From Octopus sinensis (taxonomy: Eukaryota): a DNA stretch of 64,000 bases. Both the position numbers and the translations under genes were made by a program. Shown in pieces: positions 53,980 to 64,000 of this stretch (the first letter of the stretch is position 1; the number at the start of each line of letters is the position of its first letter). A model generated the notes under the pieces. The model searched no databases and was not told the origin of the DNA. It was given only the letters and a program-made list of their open reading frames with translations. The stretch is taken from contig NC_043007.1 in the NCBI RefSeq assembly GCF_006345805.1, positions 65,100,001 to 65,164,000 of the forward strand, written 5' to 3'.

Positions 53980-54073
<94 letters not shown>

Positions 54074-54205
54074 CATATATATATACATATACATATATAT
54101 ATATAGCAAACCTCTAACATTTTAATTTGCTTAACAATAATATCGAGTTCATATTCATATATGCAATTAAACACACACATGCACGCATTAACTCAGATAT
54201 ATATA

Positions 54206-54480
54206 TCGCTTATTATAAAAGGCAGATTTTATCTGCCTCCCTTTGGGAGTTATACAAATCTACAATATAGGATTTCTTCAATTACAATTTACCTAGCATT
54301 TTTGAGAGTACAATGCATCGCGTCATGCCAGGTCCAGTTTTTAAAATTTAAACTCCAATTAAGCAAAATTTACAGAAAACTCACATTCTGGTGTGTGTGT
54401 CAAATGCTTTTCTTAGTCTGGTTTACACCACACGCAAACGCACACACACAGTGGGCAACGAATAAAGTGAAACTAGATGT
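54206..54480 (+). mobile_element. Helitron family 1, 5' fragment
   Basis: A|TCGCTTATTATAAAAGGCAGATTTTATCTGCCTCCC... aligns to 47251 onward. Confidence 0.8.
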
Positions 54481-54699
54481 AATATTTGTTTCTCTCTATC
54501 ACGCTGATAGATACATGAGTAAAATGTATGGGAATCTAACACATAAGTATGAGTGAAAATGTTCTTGGAAGAGAGTAAATAGCCAGAGATAGTGATTTGA
54601 GGAAGACTTTACATTAAATAACTGTAGTGGCTTGTGTTAGTAATAAAGTAAACATACACTCATACATACATACATACATACATACATACATACATACAT

Positions 54700-54732
<33 letters not shown>

Positions 54733-55036
54733 TACATACATACACACACACATACATACACACATACATACATATACATACATACATATACATACATACA
54801 TACACACACACATACACACACACACAGTATTGAAGCTTGAGAACAATCAGATACATTTGCAACACATCTGTTGAAAATATTATTGTTCACACACATACAT
54901 ATACATATATACATACAGACAGACAGACAGATAGACACACACATGATCCAGCATGGCCACAACCTCAAGGCTGAAACATATAAAAGAATAACAGAATATA
55001 AATGTGTGCATGTGTGTGAGAGAGAGAGTGTGTGTG

Positions 55037-55068
<32 letters not shown>

Positions 55069-55124
55069 TGTATGTATGTATGTATGTATGTATGTATGTA
55101 TGTATGTATATATATATAATAATG

Positions 55125-55550
55125 CGGTTTTTTCAACAGCTTGAACTAAAAGTCAGAGGGGAATGGGATAAACTACTTATATTAACTTGCTATAAAAGCA
55201 GGTAGTAATTTTATCTTGTCCTTATTCATAGTGCAAGTTTTGAAGAGTGCATTTCGATTTTAACAGCTATTTTTTTCAAAGCTATATTGGAACAGCCTAG
55301 AAGACGAGCCTCATCCTGAAAGATCTGTAGAACTCGACAAGGACATCCTGAAAACCCTGGTGGAACAAAATCTCATCGTAACTGTTGAGGAACTAACACA
55401 GAAGCTTGGATTTGGTCATTCAACCATTCATTGAGACCTGTGTGCTATCGGAAAAGTCAGCAAATTGGGTCAATGGGTTCCTCACGAACTTTCCGAGTCT
55501 AATTGCATGCAGAGAGTGAATGTATGCTTTTCTTTGCTGTCACATCTCAC
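55125..55550 (+). mobile_element. mariner transposase N-terminal fragment
   Basis: LEDEPHPERSVELDKDILKTLVEQN...EELTQKLGFGHSTIH...KLGQWVPHELSE. Confidence 0.8.
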
Positions 55551-55569
55551 CACTACTGCGCTATGTATA

Positions 55570-56207
55570 TCTATATATATAAAACTGTAGTTGTGTGAGT
55601 GTCTGTCCCCTTCGATTTAGATTCCCAACTACTCCCACATTTTGCGGTGCAGTTTAACCAAATTCGGGTAGCTTATAGTCGTGATTCATATCGAGCCCGT
55701 CTGAGTATTAGCGCACGTCTACGATGAGTCTACGATTTTAAAAATAATTTAACATCATTTTTTATTCCATTTTAATGCATAATTTTTCGTGTGTCGATGG
55801 CGGCGGAGTTGGCGTCCACGCTCACACCTGCACCTGTGGGGAAGGGAATGCAAGGAAATCAACGTCGTAATGCGTTGTCAAGGAGACCAGCGTTCTTTTA
55901 GAACAACGACTTCATGGCTTGAAGACACCAAAACAGAAATGGCTAAGAAAGCGTCTACATGAGTCTACGATTTAAAAAAAAATTTACCATCGTTTTTTTT
56001 TCCATTTTAATGCATTTTTTCGCTATTATATAAGGGAAGTAACTCTCTAAAAATTTCTACGATGAGTCAACGATTTTTCAAAAAATTTACCATCATATTT
56101 TTTCCATTTTTAATGCATCTTTTGCTATTTTTTGGCTATAACTCTCTAAAAATGCTTATATAGTTATTTCCCTTACAAACCCGAGCAACGCCGGGCGATA
56201 CTGCTAG
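55570..56207 (+). mobile_element. Non-autonomous Helitron family 2 (638 bp)
   Basis: A|TCTATATATATAAAA 5' end; 3' end ACAAACCCGAGCAACGCCGGGCGATACTGCTAG|T identical to family 1. Confidence 0.85.
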
Positions 56208-56647
<440 letters not shown>

Positions 56648-56671
56648 CATACATAAATGCACATATACATA

Positions 56672-57523
56672 CGAGGGGTACTGAAAAGAAACCAGAAGTT
56701 TGCAATATTATTTTATTCGCTTACTTTTACATGTTTACATGTTTACACTTTTATCACCTTCAAAGTATTCTCCATTTGAAGCAATGCATCGATATCCAAC
56801 TCTTCCAAGCGATCCTGTAACTCTTGCGAAATGATACCTTTTAACGCCACCGTCGTTTTCCACGTCTGCAACTTTCATAGAACCGACTTTCAACACCAGT
56901 GATGACCTTGGAAAAGATGTACGGATCAACATCCTGCTGTGCTTTCACTTCACGACACGCATACAGTCGTGAATGCTTTTGATCTTCTGTGTGCAAGTGA
57001 GGCACAAATTTTGCTGCAACTCTTTTCATTCGCAATTCCTCACTCAAAACTCGTTGGCAGGAGCTCCAGGACACGCGAGTTATATCAACAAATTCGTCAG
57101 TTGGTCGGCGACGGTCCTCTAAGACCAGTTCATGAATTTTCATGATGTCTTCATTCGTTCGGGAGGTCGACGATCGCCCTAAACCAGGTTTGTCATCAAG
57201 CGACAAGTGACCATTCCTAAAGCGAGAAAACCTCTCGTAAACATGTGTTTTGCTCATGTGTTTTTCGGCCGCTGCTTTCCTCAGCAGAAGTAGGATTTCA
57301 CGAAAACACGCTGTTCCCTCGTTTCAGCCATCGCAAAAATCGACGAACAGAGGAGAAGCACTGCAAAACAAAGACGCACCACGTGGCAGTACGACAACAG
57401 AGGACGACACTGGTCGGTACTGATGCCTGAGAGTCGCATCAAGTAGCTCCAAGCTGTGGAAGCCTGAACTACTACAGGTTTGTCCTACAGAGAACTCTTC
57501 CAGTTACCTTTAGGTACCCCTCA
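56672..57523 (-). mobile_element. Internally deleted mariner element with both TIRs (852 bp)
   Basis: TA-(C/T)GAGGGGTAC... termini; ORF with YERFSRFRNG, DDKPGLGRSSTS, RVAAKFVPH, KVITG. Confidence 0.85.
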
Positions 57524-58609
57524 TACAAGTATTTTATTTGGTCACATAATTGCATGTATAAACACCTTCATAAATTCTGTCGCCCTTGTCATGTAAATTC
57601 TAATGATGGAGCTTTGTTTCGTTGTTAGAGCCAACCATTTTTTTCGGTAAATAATTTCAAAGAAGATTAAATAGGGATGCTACATTTATTCATATATTGC
57701 TGCATGTTGCTACATATGCATGGAAGTTGTTCATTTGATGTTGAATATGGTACTTCTTTATTTATATTGTTTCTTTTTTAAATTTCAGTGTGGCCACCTA
57801 TCCACTCCATTTAGACAGCCAACAAAACAATCACATGACGGAGGAACCAACAAGGGTATCTCATTCATAGTGGCCTCTCGACGCTCAGCAAATAGCAATT
57901 AAATCTTTCTCAAATTACACTAAACCCTCTTAATAAAGAAGCACAAATCAGATAAATTGACCCTAGATACACTGCGCCTGAAAAACAAAAACGACGCGAT
58001 GGTCTTATGAATGTTTATTGCTTAATTTGTCTGCTTTGCCAGAGTAGGCATTTTTCTTCTCTTTCAATCAAGAAGGGAAGTCGTGCCCGTGACACATTAC
58101 AAAGCCTTTGAAACTGAGGGAGAGCAAGATATCCTTAAACCGCATGCCTAGCCCGAAATTTTGCAACAGAATGGACTTTACAAGAGGTACCCAATATATC
58201 AGGTGTTCTTGTTAGACCTTTGAAGGCCATGATGATATTTGAGTTCAGAATGCGAAGAGAGGGAACAAAGTCTGCAAAGTACACAGTCCGATGTTTTTAC
58301 AGTTCCACCAATCCAACGTCTTATCAACCTCCGAAAAGCACACTTCATTTCGGATAAATTTGAATACAGAGCGCCTAGAGTCGGTAAAGCATTCTGTCCG
58401 ACACTTTAACGACTCTGCAAATAAACAACAACGACAAAAATCAAGTACACTTGATTTCGGGGAAATTTGAATACAAAGCGCATAGATTCGACAAAATAAT
58501 AACTAGATAAGGTTTAACACAGTTTTCTTTAAATAGCTGCTAACTAAATCGCCTCTCCAAGTACATTTGTATTTCATCTGATAGTTTGTAGCTTAAAAAG
58601 TTCAGCTCA

Positions 58610-58745
58610 GTACGCACACACAACGTTCTGAGTTCAAAATCCGCCGAGGTCGACTTTGCCTTTCATCCTTTCGGGGTCGTACTGGGGTCGATCTAATAGA
58701 CTGCCCCACCCAAAAAATTTCGGGCCTTGTGCCTAGAGTAGAAAA
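58610..58745 (+). mobile_element. SINE A internal fragment
   Basis: acgttctgagttcaaaatccgccgaggtcgactttgcctttcatcctttcggggtcg. Confidence 0.75.
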
Positions 58746-59323
58746 TAATACATTAAAAAAAACTCTCTTGAATGAAACATATTGCGTTTTCCTCCATGTA
58801 ATTCTTCCTGAAGTATTCTTTCGACTTTTTCTTTTGTTTTTTACAGACAATTTTTCTGTTTCGAGCAAATGAAATCTTTGAATAATTTTCTTCAACTTTA
58901 AGATAATCTCTTAAAATACAAATGCAGTCTGGATCGTTTAAACAATATCCTGATAATTTTTTTATAAAACATCTCAGTTTCGGATTCTGTATTCGCACAT
59001 ACTAAACGCTCCACAAAAAGACTGTATATTATACTACATGTTATGGATTATTCCCCGTTTTAACCCCGATCGAGCAAGCACCTGGCCAAAGACGTTGCAG
59101 ATCCGACCATTATGAATCTTGGTAGTCGAAGATTATATTGTGTTATATGTACTTCATCTAAGGCAACAGAACGTGTGCGAGTTGAAGGTGATGAAGCTGT
59201 TATTTGTTAAATGTAAAGTGATCGTGTTAGGTGTTCCCTCATCGATTCAAACTTTCATGATAAATACTTGTATTTAACAGCAACAATTGCCTAGCAATTG
59301 TTGTTGTTGCTGCTGTTGTTGTT

Positions 59324-59580
<257 letters not shown>

Positions 59581-61243
59581 TCTCCTCTGACAGATAAAGT
59601 GGGACCTGCTGGATTAATTTCAGTCCTGTGTTGGTATTTCATCTGTATCTGTGAATTCTCTTTAACTTTTTACTGAGACATTGTTCATAAACTCACTATT
59701 TTCAAGGGTTTGAGTAAAATGGATAGATGTATTTGGATATATAGTGCATTTTTAGCAGCTAGTTTGATTATTTAGTTACTGGTACGTTAATGTTTTACTT
59801 CAAAGCCATACTGTACTACAGAATATTTCTTTAAAATTTTGTTCCAAGCATTGTATGTAACAAAGAGATGTAAACACAATATCTTCGTAGTCAGACAAAG
59901 AGGGTTTCGTTTCATTGTTTCTCTGTACTCTAGAGAACTAAAGAATAGCAGTAAAAAGCAAAAACAGTGAGCCAATAGTTTATTCATCAAACTATATGGC
60001 AAACTAAATGCTTTATGGCAAACTAAATGCAAACTATATAATGCAAACTATATGGCAAACTAAATGCAGTGGAATCGAAACAGGAACCTTGTAGTTGCGA
60101 AGCGAACTCCTTAATCACACATCCATGCCTGCACTTATAATTACGTTCTCCTTACATTCTGCATTCATTGCCTGCCGAAATTCGTTTCAGTTGGTCATCA
60201 TTTTCAGTACTGATAAAATAAGTACCTGTTGAATACTAAGGGTCGATATAATTGATTGTACTCATCCCATCAAACATTTTGTGGCGGCTTGCTTGTGCCA
60301 TAAATCATTATTATTGGTTATTTACCGAAGCAGACAGGTCGCGCTAAGCTTGTTTAAGTTTAGTTTCATTGCTCCATTGTGCTTGCAATTATATTGAACT
60401 CGTAAGAAAAAATAATTTTTGTTAGAATATCTCTCAAAAGCGTAAAGATAATTTGAGTATTACTGGTTGTTTGGAGATAACACAGATATTTTATTACAAA
60501 TGATATCGAGGGAAGACGAAAATGAGGAGGCGAAAGAGGAGGGGAAAGAGGAGAGTGCAGTGAACGTAACTACTCCCACTCGCCAGCTGAATGTTCTTGT
60601 TGCTCAGCTCCAGATCAAACTTTACTGAGCAGATCTATGATGAGAAACGCCAAAGTTTTGACTGTTCAGTCTTTTTCTTTTTCCGGCAATATACATCTAG
60701 GATGGTTTTATCTTCCACTTTCTTGCTGGTTGTACCCATCATGTTGAGGTTTCCTGGCTAACTCGAGCAGTTTCGGTTCTACCCAAGCTTCGTAAATGAA
60801 AAGTTTGTTGACGAGAAATGTGCTGGGGACCAGTCTGTCGTACTTTGTGTGACAGTATGGAACCCAAACATGATATTAAGGATATGCATATGTGGCATAC
60901 CCCTCAGCCATTTACGTCCTGTTGCTTCAGAGATAAAAGTATAATGGTTATAACAATGTACTGAACTAGAACAAAACGAACAACACTAAAAGTAAAGTTA
61001 CCAATAAAAAAAACAATAAAAAAACACAAGCGTAACAAAACCAAAGGATCTTGTACGTGACTGTTGAACTGTTAGAAATAGCAGCCATAGGCTCTTAAAT
61101 TACACACAACTTTCTTACAAATAAGGACGCTAAATTATGTTGTCCTCGATTTAATATCCGAAATCTAGTTAGGATTCTCCGTTGATACCCCCGATCATAG
61201 ATTTGATTGGTAAAGGTTGACCTAGGGCTAAAAACAAACACAC

Positions 61244-61447
61244 TTAGTTATTTAGTTAGTTAGTTAGTTAGTTAGTTAATTTGGCTCAAAAGCAAATAGC
61301 AAGGCCATGTAGGGGGACATGGAGTTAAGTACAGGGTGGTGTTCATGTAAAGAGTTCAGGCCACTTGAGGTCCAGGGAGGCTTTGAACAAAGCGGTCGTC
61401 GGCATCTTCACCATCTCGTCTGGCAGCTTGTTCCACGGATCCGCAAG
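61244..61447 (-). mobile_element. CR1-like LINE 3' end with (AACT)n tail
   Basis: Minus strand ADPWNKLPDEMVKMPTTALFKASLDLKWPELFT*, short UTR, (AACT)n. Confidence 0.8.
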
Positions 61448-61589
61448 TAATATAGTAGACTGCTGTTCATTGTGCACCGTATTTCAATCGGCCATATGGT
61501 GTATTATGAGACTTCGAGGTGTTCCTCCTGCATCTACGCTATTAGCACCAACATCAGCATAATGTTTAGACTATTTAGTGGTAGTGTGT

Positions 61590-61601
61590 CTGTCTGTCTG
61601 T

Positions 61602-61687
<86 letters not shown>

Positions 61688-61698
61688 GTCTATCTCTA

Positions 61699-61777
<79 letters not shown>

Positions 61778-61800
61778 TTATATATCTATCTGTCTATCTG

Positions 61801-61869
<69 letters not shown>

Positions 61870-61875
61870 TCAGCT
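61590..61875. repeat. (TATC)n microsatellite
   Basis: Direct reading. Confidence 0.95.
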
Positions 61876-61918
61876 ATCTAACTGTCTGCTGCCTGTCTGT
61901 ATATACGCGCGCACACGG

Positions 61919-61960
<42 letters not shown>

Positions 61961-62262
61961 ACCTAGAAGGCATCTTTGTACGATTAGATAGGTTATGATC
62001 AGCTTAGTTGAAAGTATAGCTGAATTGGGGTTATTAAGAAAAATACGTAGGTCAGTAATCCATACGGTACAGATGGTCACCCTGCATGGTGCAATAAAGT
62101 ATCTGCGGACCCATTTTTGAAGATGTAAAGGATGACCAAAAGAATGCAAAAAATGTTTTAACGTTTATAATGGTTTTCATTTTTTTATTTTTTATTTTTC
62201 TACATTACCCAGGGATAATGTTGGTTAATCACAATAACTGCAAAATATCCATTTAGACAGAG

Positions 62263-62313
<51 letters not shown>

Positions 62314-64000
62314 AGACACAGACACACAGACAGACACACACACATACACACATACGTACGTACTTGCTTGCTCGCTCGCAAACATATTACAACTGTGCAA
62401 TTATTGCTAAAAACATATATTTCGTGATAAATCAATAAAAAAATCCTTCTCAGACTTCCACAAAACTCAAAGGGATAAACTTCCAAGCAAATAAATAATG
62501 AAATAACGATATCCCCGAGTGCCTTCTACACCGGAAGCTGCAGATTTTCTGTATCATCAGTATTGCAAATGGCGGAAATTAGCCTATGACATATCCCTCA
62601 TTCTGTCAGAGTCACGTCAGCTATACTGTTTCGCTAATACATGCATGCACTCACACACCTACACTCTCACGCAAACACATGTAATATAGTTTATATATAT
62701 ATATGTGAGTGTGTGTGTAGATGTTTATATACGAATAAATCTGTCTCTTTCCCTTTCTCTCTCTCCCCTTCTCTCTCTCTCACACTCACTTTCTCTTACT
62801 CTACGTTTACTCATGCACGCACACACAAGCGTGCAAAAATACATACATATGGTCTATTATGTATGTAGATGTTTATATGCCTATAGATCTGTTTTTTTCT
62901 CTCTGTTCACACATATACGCACACTCATACACCCGCGCGCATACGCACACACACACACACATGGACTATAAACTAATGGACACCTAGATCCAGAACTGAT
63001 ATATGAATCTGAGTGAGTTTTTTTCGTGCTTCTGAGCATAACATCAAAATTTACTTGTCTGTGGCATCATGCCAAAACAGAAAAATTAATGCTAACACAA
63101 ATTCACACACACACACACACACAAACAAACAATCATACTCAAGCAGACAAACACAAACACACACATACATACACACACGCGCGCGTGCATACACACACAT
63201 GTACTTAAACATATTTATGCGTGTATGTGTTGTGCATGTTCGTGTAATTTACGCGTGTTACAGCATATTGTTTTGGTGCCGCATTGAAAATCTGTTCTGG
63301 TATTGCAAATTAAATCATGGCATATTGTATATTGAAGGATTTATATTAACAGATCTTTCAGAAAATAGAAGTTGATATCGGTTTCAACATGATTTGAATT
63401 CGGAAACCATAGGAACGAAGATGAAAAGCTAGATGTTATATCATTCCACGTTTGGCATTCTCCCATCTGTACTTTGACATCACGTGTACTGTTATATTTG
63501 TAGAATAAGTAGGATTGTTGAGTGACACAAATGTAGAATACTGGTCTAAATGCTTAATATATTTAGTTTATTTGATATAATTATTTTTCTAATTTCAAAA
63601 CATGGATTCCATCCAATTCAAGAGGACGTTAAAATATGTTCCAAGTGACAGACGAGTTAAAGCATAACATTCCAACAGATGTACTTCATAGAAGCTCCTG
63701 GTTATCTAATTCTTTACATTAAAGAAATCAATCAGGGACTTCACATTAACAGTTGCTGAAAACTTCATACCTCACCTGACTTCCTTTGCCCCGTCCTGGT
63801 CTCAAAACCTTTGACAGATTCCCTCCTTTCCCATGTATCTCTTGGAATCATCAAATTTCTGCAGCTTAACTAGAATATGAATATACATGCATTAGGCAAT
63901 ACAGGTAAGATACAGTGTATGAGAAAGTGCTTTTACACAGGCAGAAATCACATTATTTTCAATTCAATTAAATGACAAAGAATCAGTGATTTACTGGGTG

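Noticed and set aside
58753-58998. CLNDPDCIC peptide resembling a Chapaev N-terminus
   Set aside because: Only a short motif; the rest does not follow the Chapaev pattern.
59988-60068. Short AAACTATATGGC/AAACTAAATGC minisatellite
   Set aside because: Ordinary local slippage duplication with no further structure.
60870-60930. Minus-strand RGMPHMHIL resembling the Helitron Rep HUH motif
   Set aside because: Flanking residues do not match Rep motif context and the frame stops soon after; likely chance.

Overview
AT-rich, microsatellite-saturated eukaryotic intergenic or intronic DNA. The SINE/LINE/Penelope repertoire and (TA)n/(CA)n/(TAA)n/(GATA)n density suggest a cephalopod (Octopus-like) genome; this is inference, not a database match. 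No host protein-coding gene could be identified, and most short ORFs in the track are microsatellite translations. The identifiable content is transposable elements: a young RTE LINE with an open RT frame and a 13-bp TSD; a near-intact pogo transposon; Tx1/L1, CR1-like, R4/Dong-like and probable RTE-X LINE pieces; Chapaev3, hAT and mariner/Tc1 relics; non-autonomous Helitrons; and at least three tRNA-type SINE families. The most unusual signal is a set of minimal type I hammerhead-ribozyme motifs with palindromic stem III in Penelope-like pseudo-LTR fragments and long palindromes. It includes an A6U core-variant pair with compensatory stem changes, a U3:A8 variant, and a 545-nt permuted/inverted unit resembling a non-autonomous retrozyme-like element. 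All ribozyme calls are from manual motif matching and are untested.
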